A stretch of DNA of 63,123 nt, the filler included, from Hyphochytrium catenoides (Eukaryota; Protista; Hyphochytriomycota), in the NCBI GenBank assembly GCA_900088475.1. It is 11 parts of 11 records of this genome, joined end to end, with 100 filler letters (N's around TTAATTAATTAA, not from the genome) between each part and the next. Parts side by side here need not be neighbours in the genome. Positions count along the whole stretch, not along the records: positions 23,764 to 27,761 come from FLMG01003385.1; positions 27,862 to 43,082 come from FLMG01003875.1; 9 more parts are not named here. The stretch is one strand, 5' to 3'. A model generated the notes under the pieces. That model did not search any database. It was not told where the DNA came from and saw nothing but the letters and a program-made list of their open reading frames with translations. This document shows, in pieces, positions 23,764 through 37,190 of this stretch (position 1 is the stretch's first letter; each line of letters opens with the position of its first letter). The translations under genes were made by a program, and so were the position numbers.

Positions 23764-26700
23764 TCAGAGACTTCAGTGGTCACCCAGATCTAGGTAAAAG
23801 AACCGGAAGAGGACGAGTAAAGAGAGAACAGAGAAGTATCAGACCAAGGACGAGGTCAACCGCTTGCTCTTGCACTCTTCTAGAGAGAAGATTACATAGA
23901 CTGAGTCATGCTTTACAGCTCTTCGAGCGTCGCTGCTGAGAAGTGTCGCTACCTTGTGCTTGGTCCCCACAAGCTCGGTATAAGGAGTAAATGTCTCAAA
24001 AAGCTGCGTCAGCCTTCGGCTTCTCTTCTTGACAATGTCCGTGCGCACACGCTTCATCTTCGCCGCGGGTGTTCCGGGCCTATAAGTGTATCCTCATGCT
24101 TAGTGTCTCTGTCCTTCTTTGCAGTAGCCTCTCTCTTCTAGCTTATTCTCTCTAACGTATAGTCAGCCTACATCTCCCAAACTTTCTTCCATAGCTAAGG
24201 ACATGCTCTACCTCCAACCAACTTCTTCCACGGCTCGAGGTCGATTTCGATGTCAGGTCAGCGGTAGTGACGATTGGGCCCCTCTGTCTTTTGTCGTTCT
24301 CTCCCTCCAGACAACATCAGCACTTACCTAGGATAGAACTGCGATATGTTGAGGATATGGAACTTGTACTTGCGAACCATCTCCATCGTCTCTTCGAAGT
24401 CTTCTTCAGTCTCCGTGGGAAACCCGCAGATTATGTCCTGAAGCAGAACTTATATCGTCAATAGAGGACTATCGGACGTGAATGAATCACTATGGCAAGA
24501 CAATGTCCCAGCCCTTATAGTCGTAGGAGAAGAGGCAACGCAAGAGACACAAGCAGCAAGACAACAGAAGAAGAAAGACACATTGGACAGTCACACATAA
24601 AGACAAGGCAGACATGCGTGTCGACCAATGAGGGGGGACTGATGGACGGCGAAGAAAGACTCACAGAAGCAGACAAGTGGCAAACAAGACTTTTGGAGTC
24701 GCACCGTTGCGATGGTGATGTCTGGCACCTTGGCTTTGAGTACATCCACCACCCGACAGAACTCTGCGTACTAATTGCCAAAATGAAAGGGAGACAAAGA
24801 ACGTAAACACAGGCCACATGAGAGTAGAAGAGGCAACCATAAACCTTCTAAGAACCCAAAGATACCCCCGAAGAGACATAACAGTCAGGATCTCCTTCTA
24901 AGATCACCGTTGCAATAAGCGCAGACGCATAGAGGACGTCTCTTCCCAGTGTTTTGGGCTTGCAACAGCTGCCTTACCGTGTACTCCCGGTTCATGTCCT
25001 TGAGCACCTTGTCACTGCCTGACTGGACCGGGACGTGCAGGAAGGAGAAGACATTCGGATGATTTAAAGTCGCGGCCACTTCCTCGAGCTGATCAAGGAT
25101 AAAGGGCGGATTTGTCATCCCCACGCGTAGCATGACGTCCTACAGACAACAGCCACATATTTTGAGAGTTATCACACAGCCAGTGCCATGAAAGCCGAGG
25201 ATGGAAATGAGAGACAGAAGCGGGGCAACAATTCCTAGTAGAGATGGGCTGGACGGCAGAGAGACGAAGAAATATGGGAGAAGTAGCACCAATCTTGACT
25301 GATAGTAGGACCTCTAGGCAGCAAGATGAGTTAGAGACATCGGGAGAGGGGTGTAAGCACAGCAGAGACAGCGAACAGTGCACATCTAAAAGCAATAGAA
25401 CGGTCTCGGCCCTCTCCCCGTAAGCTCGATATTAGAGAATAGAGAGAGTCAAAAGTCACTTACAGGCGGCAGGACGCTGACGATATCCTTCAGCAGGGCA
25501 GAGAGAGAGGTGTTAATATCCTTGCCGTAGGCTCCAGTGTCTTCACTAGAAAGCCAAATCTCTGTTACTCCTTCCTTCAGAACTTCCCGTACTCTGCCGA
25601 CTAGTGCTGCAGGGTCATAGGAGCCTGGAATGACATTGGAGACAACGTAAGAGGTTTCCAAGCGACGCAGAAGACGAAGGAGAAGTCTGTGTGTGTGTGT
25701 GCCTTTGCTGTCAACCTCGAGAGCTACCTTGGGGGAGTAAGAAGGGAAGATGAAAGAGAAAGCCACGCGAGCCCTCCCCCTGTCACTTGTCGTATGAAGG
25801 TGCTCACCTAGTTTGCCTCTAGCGTGTTTGGTCTTGCAGTACGTGCAGGAGCCCAAGCAGCCGGTGCTTAGCGGAATGATCTCAACCTGAACACGGACCG
25901 ACCATAAGTGTCAGGAAACGATGACCCTCGAGCGCAAGGGTAAAGGCTCAGAATTACCCATTTTGACGGTTAAGAGAGTGATAGAGTGGAGAGAAAGCGG
26001 AGAGAGCTACAGAGAGAGAGAGAGCCAGAAGTGACACAGAGAGAGAAAGAGATGGCACAGAGAGATAGATAGAAGTGGCACATAGATAGAAATGGCAGAC
26101 AGAGAGATGTTACCATTGGGTTCTTCCTAATCTTGGGAAGGTCAAGTCTGGGCAGCTTTCCTTTAGAGAGAAGCCTGACCACATTCCCTCTGAGAGCCTC
26201 CTCTACCACTTCCACGACCCGACCGATCTGTTGCACCCCGATAATACTCACACCTATTGCGATAGGGATGAAACAGAAAGAAGGGCCAGCCTCATGTCAG
26301 TTAGACGCCAAAGTATGGGAGGGACAGACCATGACCGTAAGGAAGAGGTGAAGACGAGGGTGTGCAAGAGAAAGAAGAACAATGTCAGTGAAGAGAGCTG
26401 CTTTTTTCCTGAAAAGGGGAGAGAGAGGTAGAGAATAGAGGCGAACGGAGAAAGCCATACTTTCTAAGCCCTTAAGATTCCTATCTCCCTGAGGGACGCA
26501 GCCAGCTACGACAAGAGGTTTATCGTCTTCCTTTGCTTTCTGGACAAGATGCAGGAAGGAGCTTTGGGATGGATCCTTGACGGTGCAGCTGTTGATAAGC
26601 CTTGGGGAAAGAGTGTTTAGAGTTCAGAGATACGAACTGAGACAGCACTAAGTTAAGAAAGGAAAGGCAAGGAACTGGAGACGAGGAGACAAGAAAAGCC

Positions 26701-27427
26701 AGCCCGGCCATCCCTTAACTGTCGATCCAGGATGGGTCTGAAGGCAGAGCTCGCGGGCACAACAAACATCAGCAAACAAAGGTCAATGAACTATGAAGAC
26801 AACAAGATGACTTTGCAGAAACTGAGCCGCTGGAGACGGTGCGAAAAGAGGAGGAGAAAATAAAAAAGAGCAAGGAAACAACAGAAGGGATTCAACACCA
26901 GAACGCGGAGGGATTGAGGAGAAGAACAGAGAAAGAGAAAGAGAAAGAGAGAGAACGCAGATAGAAAAAGAGGGAGAGGGAGAGAGTGAGTGGACAGCCA
27001 CCATAAGTCAGCTTCGGCCTTGTCCTCAGTAAAAACATAGCCGTAGCTAGCGAGTACTCCCTGCATGTACTCCGAGTCGCTAACATTGTGAGAGCAGCCG
27101 AAGGTCTTGAGCCTAGGCAGGACAAGAATGTTAGTCAACGACTAGAAGCCACTTCTACTCTGACTAACATATCAGGGCAGATGGAGGCTTGAGAGGAGAA
27201 TGAGGAGGAGCATGGAGTAGTAGAAGGGCTATGGAAATGTAGGTAAGGACTACGGGAAAGCTAAGAGCTTGAGAAGAGAGAAAGGGGACGGGCAAACATG
27301 AGAAATGAAGGGGCAGTATGCCACGTAAGCGTGAGCAATGTATGTCGAAGCCTAGCACAAGCCTTGGGGGAAAAACAGACTCCAGAGAGACAAACAGAGA
27401 GAGAGAAAGAGAGAGAAAGAGAGAGAA

Positions 27428-27477
<50 letters not shown>

Positions 27478-27761
27478 AGAGAAATAGCCAGAAAGAGAGG
27501 GACAATGAAGACAGAAGTTGGAAGGGCAAAGGGAGAAGCAGAAGACAGTGGTTCGTCTCCCTAACCTCACCAGACAGTCTGCACTCCAGGAACGGCCTTC
27601 CTTGCATCTTTGAACTCTCCATCTCTCAGTTTGTCCTCCGTAACCTTCTTTACCCTTGGCAGGACGAGGGCAGGACGTGCTGCCCTCTCATCTCCCTCGG
27701 GCAAGGAAGTGGTGGCAAGAATGTCCTCAATGTCGTCAACACAAGATTCTGTCCTTGGCAC
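23764..27761 (-). CDS. CDKAL1: Threonylcarbamoyladenosine tRNA methylthiotransferase (radical SAM, CDKAL1/e-MtaB), multi-exon, 3' truncated
   Basis: Spliced motifs [65 protein letters not shown] (CxxxCxxC), [29 protein letters not shown] and ISQFYPRPGTPAA. All introns checked are GT-AG. Confidence 0.96.
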
Positions 27762-28132
27762 NNNNNNNNNNNNNNNNNNNNNNNNNNNNNNNNNNNNNNN
27801 NNNNNTTAATTAATTAANNNNNNNNNNNNNNNNNNNNNNNNNNNNNNNNNNNNNNNNNNNNTAGACAGGAAAGCTAGTATCACTGGGGCTGTTGTGTCTG
27901 CTGAAGAGGTAAAGAAGCAGTTCTCGTCTTCCCGACGGACGTTTTCCTATCCGCGGCAAGGTCAGGCGGAAAATTGAAGGTTCGGCTTATCACTCGAGGA
28001 CAGTGCCTACTGAGGTGCTGTGCGTTAGTGACCCTGCATCTGTGACAGTGATTTGTGCGCAGCCGAGCACTCCACTCAGCCCATGTCTTGGCCCTTTTTC
28101 GGCTCAGATCTTCCGGTCCCTTTGTCTACCAT

Positions 28133-31100
28133 TCACCACGAGGAAGCGGCAGGTTCTGTGGTTTCCGGCCGTATAGCACTCTCCTTGAGCGTCATGCTTT
28201 CTCGCTCTCTCTGACCTGCGCTCTTGGTTGCAGCTTTAAGAGCATTCACGCTCTCTTCTTCGCCATCCGTGTCTTCTTCAGATGAAAGCCAAACCGGAGG
28301 AGACGGAGCCGAGGCACTGGACCGCTGCGCCGGCTCAGGAGACAAGGAGGGAGGGGGTGAAGGGTTACTGGGGAGAGAGGAAGAAGGAGATGAAGACGTA
28401 GGCGGAGGGAGACCGTTCTCTTCCTCTGTGAACATTGGGTCGTCTACAGGGATACTTGCAATGAACTCTTGCAAAGGAGTCCACTTAAGCTGCTTCCACA
28501 CTGGATGGCTGAATAGAGCCAGCACTGCAACCAGAAAGTGCCATCGAAGAGGGAGGACCGCCTGTAAGAGAAAGAGATAAGGACAATGGTGGGTTCAATT
28601 TGGGAAGTAGAGGCTTTCTTGACCCTTCAACATGGTCAACCAAAGAAGCAACAAATAATAATAGAGTCCATAGCCATTAGGTGCAGAAGCTGAGGAAGAG
28701 CGACGCTCGGACAGCGGATATAATACAGAGAACAGGCCCTGAATAGAAGTCTACACTGCACCCTCCGTGATGCGGCCGGCCCACTCACCACGAAGCCTCC
28801 GAACATCATAAGCATTTCTATATATGTCCTTGTAAGCTGTGGATACCTAGTGATATGGGTATGGAGAAAGGATAGGAAGACAAGAGTAAGTAGGACATAA
28901 CTTCCATATTGAGTCAAATGGATTGAAAGGCACCAAGAGAACGACTGGGGAGAAAGGGCACCTGAAGGAGCAGAGGTTCCTTTGTAAACTGATGAGACAA
29001 GAGGGAATCTGTGGCTCTCACCTCCAGGAGTGCAAGACGTGAAGCTTTCTAAGTGCGATCTCTAGCCCTCCAATGCTATGGTGCAGTTGCTCCAAGCCCT
29101 GCATAGAGCTGCAAGAATAGACGTGAGGTTTGGCTTTGTATAAATTACCATCTCTCTCTTTCGCCTTGCTCATCATTTCACTGTGCTTCTTCACTCATAT
29201 CGTGCATCACTCTTTCAATGTCTTCTGCTTCACCATTCCTGGGAACCCCCGGGACAGGTGCTTATGCTATGTCTTACCCTCTGGTCTGCTGCAGAAGATT
29301 TGCCAGAATGGACCGTGATCTATCCTGCCTGTGGTAAGCAAGACCAAGTCAAAAGATAAGCGCTGAGATGCCCAGTGATTAACATAGCGTGGAACACCAG
29401 GTCCAAAAAGTCCTCAAAGAATGAGTAGCTAGACAGAGCGACCAGAAAGGACCCTGTCGAAAGCCTCCCCAGAAGCAAGAAGTCTGAGATCGTTTTTATG
29501 TACGTGGGGAAACAAGAGCTCCGCTGAGCAACGAAGCGGGTAATGCTGGACAAGCTTAACCGCAGGCGAGAGTCGATGGACGTACTCTTTGCCAAACATT
29601 ACTCTAACTTCCGTCCGGAGCTCACTTCTTCGCTGTGAGTCTAGTGAGGGATGCTTGATCGTCAGCAGCACAAGTGAGAGGATGCCCAGAGGCACCAAAT
29701 AATGAACCAAATCCGCCAGGAATATTGCCCTAAAGAGAAGCACGGACAGACAATTTTGGCACAGAGTTAGTCGAACACCTTTTGGAAATCCCTGTATATG
29801 GAGCCAAGCGTCGAGATGCGGATAGTAGCGAAATACAAAATGCGTCAGACATTTGCTCTGCTGTGACTGAGACAACTCAGTAGAGGGGGCTTAAATTGTC
29901 ATTGAATGAGGAAGATAAAGGTGTTCGTAAAGGACACGAACGCGTAAGATAGAGCATGCTAGCGGTATAAGCAGGTTACCGAGTGACGAACGATGGGATA
30001 GATTATGCCACAGATTTGAGATAAAGGAAGTCAGCCTAGCACGTACAAGCAGCATGCCAGAGCGATAAGAGTCTTGGTCTGGTCCTTCCACTGAATGATG
30101 TCGACAGCGGGCTCGAGGAAGATGCGAATTGGTATAAGGAGAAGCATGATCATTTCTCCCCTTTTACGCATCTTTGTGACATCAAAAGGCTCTGAAATGC
30201 CAACGAGGAGGGTAAGGAACAGAGCAGAACGAGGCGAGTTAGCGGCTGCAGAATGACACGGACACAGACTTTTGTTGAAGACAGTTACTATGCTTATGAC
30301 TTCGGCTTGGATAGCCCAGTAGTGGACAGAAGACAAAGAAGACAAAGGGCCAACAGCCTTGCGTTACATATGATACCTGTGACGTCAGTTTTCTTCGTCA
30401 TTCGTCGTACGTTCCACCGTTGCAGAAGACCGAACCGACTCTCTCTTAGAGCTAGCCGACGAATTATCCGCACATTTTGAGCCAAGAGGTACGACGGGTC
30501 CATCTCCCATTCAGCGCCAACCTCAGAAGGCGGAGCTGGCTGAACGTCTTCGATAGTCTTGAAATACTTTTCTCTGCAGATAGACGTGCCACCAAGTGGT
30601 AGAAGAACAGTGAGAAACACAAGACAAGACACAAGAGAGGCTGCGCAACACTCTTATGAGGAGTAGAAAATGGTGTGCACACAAAGAAAGCGACACCATG
30701 CTATCGTACGAGTTGAACTTGTCCATACCCCGGCATTTTGCCTTCTATGAAAGGAGTTATCGGCGAGCCCGGTTGAGACGGTCTCCCTCCGTCTAAAGGC
30801 TCGGTCACTACACTCCCATCAGCAAGAGGCGATTCCGTGTCAAGGCCATAGCCCTTTAGCTTGGACTGTATGGCAGTACTATCAAGACTATCTCCACATA
30901 GCGCAGAGAAGACGAAAAAGGTGTCTTCCATTCCTAGTCTGCGTGCTCCTAACTCGCTTCTTTGCAAGGCGCAGATACGCAAGATGTTCCTTGTGGAGAA
31001 GTCCATCGTAGAGCAAACCGCGCGAATGAGAGATCCAACCTTGCTGGCGAGAACCATCTCCTTAATCAGCCTACACATTAGGTTTGCTTAGTAACCATCC

Positions 31101-32900
31101 CATGTCCTTAGCCCCTCCCGCCTCAAAAAGAGTCCCCCACCACTGCTCGACAGTTCTATCTACCTGTCTCTGTCTATCTTAGCTTGCGTCTTCCCTTCTT
31201 TCCACTCACTTTATCCATTGATTGGCCACTGTGGACCGGACTTCCATAAACTGAAAGGCCGCACTGCCACCTTTCCAGACCACTTCCAATTCAACCCCAA
31301 CATTGGCTGCCTTGGCTACCCTGTTTAGGAGGGAGATAGGTGCGGAGAAGAGAGACGTGGAGGAGAGAAAGGGTGGGAGGTGTTGCATGCCCTTTTCCTT
31401 TAGCCGGACATCTTCCACTGCCTTCAAAGGTATCACTTTCACAGTTTCCAGGAGAGAGTCTTGGAAGATGAGGTGATAGCTCGTAAGGTATAAACCCCCC
31501 ATCACTGCCGGGGGAAAACATTAGAGAACATAGTGATTGGGGACAACATAGTACCCAAGATTTAAAAGAGCAAGGGCAACAAAGGGGCATAGCCACTGTC
31601 TAACGAGATAGAAAGAGGCCGCAAAGATGTCCGAACGCTAGGCCATAGAAAGATAACATGCCATGCTCCTTCAGTGCCTTACCGGGCGGCCATTTGGAGA
31701 GATCCCCCACCAATGCTGATGCACAGCACGTGACTTCCTATGTACATGCAGAGAGTTAAGATGGGTGCACTAGAAGGAGCTCTCCATAAATATCACCACA
31801 GCACATGGTAAGGAGCATACTCGTATATACAGTGTGCAGAAAGTCAATAAGGCTTCCATCTGAGGAAAGAACGTTTGCAGAGTGAACAATTGTGGTTCGT
31901 TCTATAGCCAATACCCTCCTTAGCTGACTTTCGCCATTGGTACCTTGGGGTCAAGAGAGCAAGCGCTGCAGACTTTCTCCCATTGGTACCAGGCAGAGGT
32001 TGGCGCGGAGCTTGCCTGCCTTAGGGCTGTCACGTAGGTCTCAAACACCTCCCAACAAAGGAAGGAGGAGCAGGGAAATGACCCTGAATTCGAGGCAGCA
32101 TGCCTTTCGGTCTCTCCTTTGCTAAACTTCTCTAGTCCTGAGCGATTGACGGGAAGTCCTGACAGATAGTCGAATAACCTGATCAACGCGTCAGATAAGC
32201 GAGTGGGGCACTTAAGTCCAACAACTCACCATGGGGACAGGAGAGGCATGAAGTGGGTAAGGAGAAGATAAAATGGGCCTTACCCAGAAGCGATAGGCTA
32301 CCTCTGGAGTGAGCATAGATGAGAGAGAAGATGCAGAGTACTTTCACCCCGACTTCCATACCTCTCTGCAATCTCAGTGGAATCAGCCAAGGGCAGAAAA
32401 AGGGGTGCTGCCTTGATGAACCTTTCCCGAGATCTCACAGCGTCCTGTCCTGATCGTGACTGCACTAGATCCAGAGCCTGGAAGCAAAGGAATGTCTGGT
32501 CGAAGATAAGGGAGCGCCCGTATGCGGCAGACGCCTCTGAAAGGACGTAGAAGGCAAAGCACGGCGATTTCTCAATAACATCGCCAGTCGTGAGGATTTG
32601 GGGAAGAAGAATCGCACGGTGGTGTCTTCTGCGGTTAAAGGAATATTCTGAGTGCACCAGCCGGACATTCTTCTTCAGGAGTTCACATAGGGAAACTAAC
32701 GCATCACAGCTCTCCCAGAACTCTACTGAGGGCTGCTGCTGCTGCTCAGGGTAGAGGGAGCGCGGTTTCAGAGATACCGCCATGGTGGCGCCTGAAGTGT
32801 ATAAGTTAGAACACTCAGCCTTGAGAGCAGTAGTGGCCAGATATCGAAAAGGAATGCAGACTGAAGCGAGGCAGCGCCCAGGCAGAGAGAACAGCAACAC
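28133..32900 (-). CDS. Multi-exon protein with a GRAM/PH-like domain and C-terminal PRT_C/DUF639-like membrane anchor (boundaries approximate)
   Basis: Exons encode GGLYLTSYHLIFQDSLLETVKVIPLKAVEDV (GRAM/PH-like), PIRIFLEPAVDIIQWKDQTKTLIALACCLYV, hydrophobic hairpins and LQEFIASIPVDD before a Pro/Ser tail. Domain assignment is by motif recall only. Confidence 0.55.
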
Positions 32901-34356
32901 CCGTCGCAGGCTCAGACAGTCTGCTCACTGCCAGATCGACAAGCTAGGTACTTTCCGACAAATGATACCTTATAAGTGGCGAGGCCTCCTTGCTCCTGTC
33001 CTCTCCTCTCTCACAGACGGATCGCGATGACTAGCTGAGTGCTTCGGCTGCAATCACTCATCAGCAGAAGAAGAGAATGCAGATGTGGACGAGCAAGGTC
33101 CAAAGGAAGTGAAGAGAAGTAGAGCAACAAAGAGCACGAGGATAGACATGAAGCAGCATGCACTATAGGGAGCGCTAGGAAAGCAAGGGGAAGGTTTCAA
33201 ACAGAGGAGAAAGAGACGAAGGAGAATGATGATGCGAACCTCAATGACCAAAACCTACACAGAGACAGAGGAACGAGAGATACAGTACCGACTAGACAGA
33301 GCTAGCAATGGCCACGTACAGTCCTAGGAAAGGAAACAGGAGAGATTGAGATCAGTAGACAGAGTTGAGAGAGAAATACGAATGCATACCAAAGAGTCTC
33401 AGAACAAAACGCCGCAGGGATTCTTTTTCCTCATAAATTTAACCTGTAATAAGTCAGTCTATTTGCTTTTGAACCTTGAAGTGCTCTGGGAACCATATTA
33501 TCCCGAATCACAATGGTCTGGGAACCTATTATCCTAGAATAAGGGGTGCCGCTTTCGGAATGCCGAGGTAACTAGGTTGGAAAAACCAAGAATGGAGGAG
33601 CTGCTTGCTGCTTGGCCTTTGATGTGATGGGATGAGTGCATGATGGGCCGGCCAGAGCAGGTCATCAGTCAGGATGAGCGCCACTTGTTCATTGAGTGAG
33701 CACGGGCAATGGGGAAGGAGTGACAAGCAGAGCGCAGCTCCCGTGTGAGATCAGCTAGCCTCCTGCGCATCATCAGGAGCTATAATTGGCGTAGAGCTAT
33801 TGCTGAGCATTATGGAGCTCCTTATATGGTAACTTTAGTCCGTCATGATGTTAGGCTGGGGCAGGCAGCATAGAATAATATGTATTTGACCTTTGAAGCA
33901 TCATTGCCTGTCCCGCCGTCATCAATACCCCCATTGCCCTACTGCGGTGNNNNNNNNNNNNNNNNNNNNNNNNNNNNNNNNNNNNNNNNNNNNNNNNNNN
34001 NNNNNNNTCTTCATCGGCTGCTCGGAGTCGGAGGAGTTATTACGCGCTGCAACCTCAGTACGGAGTCAAAGACAGCAGAGAGAAGGATAAGCAAGAAACT
34101 GAGGGCAGTGTGTGGTAAGGATGGCATGGGCCGCTTTGGAGACGAGAAGATGCAGCTTAGGATGGGGAGTCTCAAATGGGGCCATTCTTTATGGTCTTGC
34201 TAGTAACCACAGGTCCCGTGTGGAAGCTGTTAGACCACTGCCTTGATGTGCCAAGAGGTATTTGATGGCGTCAGTCACCGGACAGTCGGAGACCGAGAGC
34301 AGCGAATAGCAAACCAAAAAATTTTGCATAGCTTAACCGAAAGGTAGCAGTAGACA

Positions 34357-35274
34357 TCACAGAAGGAAAGGTATACAAGCCCTCCGATTTAGCTTCTCGT
34401 ACTCCTCGAACATTTGCAGATACCATCGGTGATATTGGAGAGCACGCGGGAGAAGATTGGCCACTGTCCACAGCGCGAAGACTGTCGCTGCCTTATTATT
34501 GGCAGCGATGGCCCAGCCCATCCATTCCACCATCTCTCCAAAGTAGTTAGCGGCACTAACGTACTTGAAGAGCCCGCCATAGGGGATCTTATAATCTCCT
34601 TTCTCTTTTCTCTTCTCCTTCTCTTCCCGATGACCTCTTCCTGGCGTGCGAAGAGACCGCAAAACCTCATCACTATGAAGATTTATTCCCAGTCCTAGAG
34701 CCCAAAGCATGTACCCGACGAGGAACTGGGGAGAGGTATGCCAATTAGATGGGAGAGATGGTGAGAAGTAAAAGAGTCCTCTGCCACACAGATAGCCATT
34801 GACTGTGCAGAAGAAGAATGCAAGTAGCACAACTACAACCGGGGTCGGCTTCCAGGGGCTTCTCATCCTCAGAGGATAGACAAACGCACGATTTGCATAG
34901 TGCAGAAGAAAGGCAAAGGCCAAGAGAAGGTATGCTGGAGATCGCCTGGATGGAGAGGCGAGAAAGCAGAGGGCAAAGAGTAGAAACGCAGGAGACTCTT
35001 GGATCATCCAGCCCGATCTTGACGAGACGGTGAAGCTCAAGCTCCTTTCCCAGAGCCCTCTTCTTTCCTTGGGCTTTTCGTTTACCCTGGTAAAGAGTCT
35101 ACCGTACGGAGCTTCCACATATTGTAAGAAAGAAAATGCGACAACCCCCAGCGCGAAGAAGACAGAAAGCAGAACCCAGTAGCAATCTTCTTCTTTCAAC
35201 GGAAGCTTGCTTTGAGCGGCTCCTAGAAGACTCTGCGCCGCTGCTTCTAGAGTACTGATGAAGCTGCCGCTCAT
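34357..35274 (-). CDS. SRD5A: Steroid 5-alpha-reductase (SRD5A1/2 / DET2 family), intronless
   Basis: 305-aa ORF with APYGR, GWMIQESP, HYANRAFVYP, GINLHSDEVLRSLR, YKIPYGGLFKYVSAANYFGEMVEWMGWA, NLLPRALQYHRWY and RRACIPFLL. Confidence 0.95.
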   Translation of the reverse strand: MSGSFISTLEAAAQSLLGAAQSKLPLKEEDCYWVLLSVFFALGVVAFSFLQYVEAPYGRLFTRVNEKPKERRGLWERSLSFTVSSRSGWMIQESPAFLLFALCFLASPSRRSPAYLLLAFAFLLHYANRAFVYPLRMRSPWKPTPVVVVLLAFFFCTVNGYLCGRGLFYFSPSLPSNWHTSPQFLVGYMLWALGLGINLHSDEVLRSLRTPGRGHREEKEKRKEKGDYKIPYGGLFKYVSAANYFGEMVEWMGWAIAANNKAATVFALWTVANLLPRALQYHRWYLQMFEEYEKLNRRACIPFLL

Positions 35275-35879
35275 CTTCTCTCTCCTGTTCTCTCCCCCTC
35301 AACCTTTTTAAGCACTGGCAATAGCAACCTTTTCTCCTGTACCCGTCGAGAACTGGGGGAACGAAGAAGAGAAGCTCGGAGACCGAGCGACACGAGAAAG
35401 AGACAGAAGAGGTGTACGTCGCCGCTTCTCAGTTGCGGCAAGAATGTATGAGTAAGCTGAACGTCTTCCGAAGAGTCGACTGTCCCGGCGGCAAGAGACG
35501 CAAGAGACGACACCACCATCAGTAGCGAGCATGGTAAGGGATGGCCGCCGACGCAATCAGAAGAGCGGTTCGCTATTTTTTTTTGGAAAGCGAAGTCGCT
35601 AACGGCTATGATATGGCGATAAGATCCGGGATCGTCCGCCCCTCGGCTAAGGTGCCAAGTTCTCGGCATCCTCTTCCTCCTGCCCTGCAACAAGGGCGAC
35701 TGCTTGGGCTGCTTTCGGTTCCTCCTGTTTGATTGCCTGGACATTCCTCCTCTCAATCAGCGATTCTCCGTCATGGTCCAATTGGCTGTCTGGGCCGGAA
35801 CTGACGACGTTGCTACCTACTCTGCCTCTTGGCCCCGAACTGGTTCCTAGAGAAGGGAGCTTTACCAGCGCACTCTCTC

Positions 35880-37190
35880 CATGAATTCCTTCCAACATGT
35901 GAGATGCGTCCCTCTATGAAGCGTAACGCACACGTTTGACGTCACATTCCGTGCAAAGTGCGGTGGTCCTGTTGGGGCATTTCGGACAGGACTGCCTGTC
36001 ACGTGACCTATGGAGGTGGCGGGTGGACTTGTCCAGTCGAACTTGCCGCCCTACTGGACGGCTCAGAAAGGGAAGGATGTTCCGCTTGGGTGTGGAGACT
36101 CTAATGGTTGCCGTTGATGATGGGCCGGAGTTGTTCATCGTCGCGTTATCTGGGGTCAAGTGAAAGAACTCTTGACTCCTGATCATGTGAACATGACTTT
36201 CGTTACTTGTTTGATACATCAGAAACGTCATTTCATCGCCTAGCAGCGAAAGGGGCAAAGCACTCACATGTTTGACCAGTGCTTCATTCAACTTGCAAGC
36301 CCACCAGAAGCGCCACGAGCGAGCCATCACCATGGCCATGACGGAAGGACTGGGAACCTACTGCTGTGCAAAGTCCCTCAGCAATGACCTGAAGGATCCC
36401 TTGATGTTAAGCTTCCTCTTCCATGCACTAATGGAGGTAAATGAATCGAGCTGAGACTCATTTTGCAGGAGCCGTATCACTAGATGTGCATTCATCAGGG
36501 CCGAGAGTATAAACCTGCAAGGAAGGACAAGATCATGGGCAAGTAGATGACCGGCACTAGGGAGAGGGAAGAGTCGTCCTTTATGAAAGAACCTGATGAA
36601 GATGAAGGCCCTGGGCGTTCAGTGACCGGAAGTCAACCTTGACATTTCTCAGATTACGGGAAACAACGTCCTGGCCACCTTTGACATTGTTCCATAGTGA
36701 GACTACATACGGTACGAAGTCATGTGCCCCGAAGGAAGAAGAAAGCCTTGGCCCCGCTCCTTGGTCTTCTCCTGCAGAGAGAGGATGCCGCCAGCCAGCT
36801 TCCTTTGGAGAACCAGCGAGCGCTCGTCGACAGCATGTCCGTACTGCCCAGTCTGAAGCTGTGGTCTGCGACTAGAGGACACCTCATCGCTTAAAGTAAA
36901 CCATTGCAGGCGGGTGGAAACTACCCTGCAAACGAATTCTCTGGAGGTGTCCAACTCTTCCGTGTCGAAATCCATAATGAACGAGAACAAGATTTCTTCA
37001 AGCTAAGCCACAACAAAGAGGGCATGACTGCATCCCGTAACAGCTGCATGATGTAAAACTTCGCTACGGTACGACATTGTCCATATTAGTCTCTTAAATA
37101 GTTCGCTCCCAAAGGCAGTGACGTAGAAGCGACAGGGCCAGAAAAATCCGCGCCGCGCCCGCCTTATGCGTAGAGATAGTACAACCACGT
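35880..37190 (-). pseudogene. Degenerate piggyBac-like transposase, C-terminal half
   Basis: After joining frameshifts it reads FVPYVVSLWNNVKGGQDVVSR (piggyBac YNxxxGGVD-like), then FILSALMNAHLV (VNAxIL-like), then a Cys-rich tail HLH...SCPKCPNRTTALCTECDV/NVCVTLHRGTHLTCWKEF. Confidence 0.55.

Noticed and set aside
31840-31920. FYVE zinc finger
   Set aside because: Only one CxxC pair is visible and the R(R/K)HHCR signature was not found.
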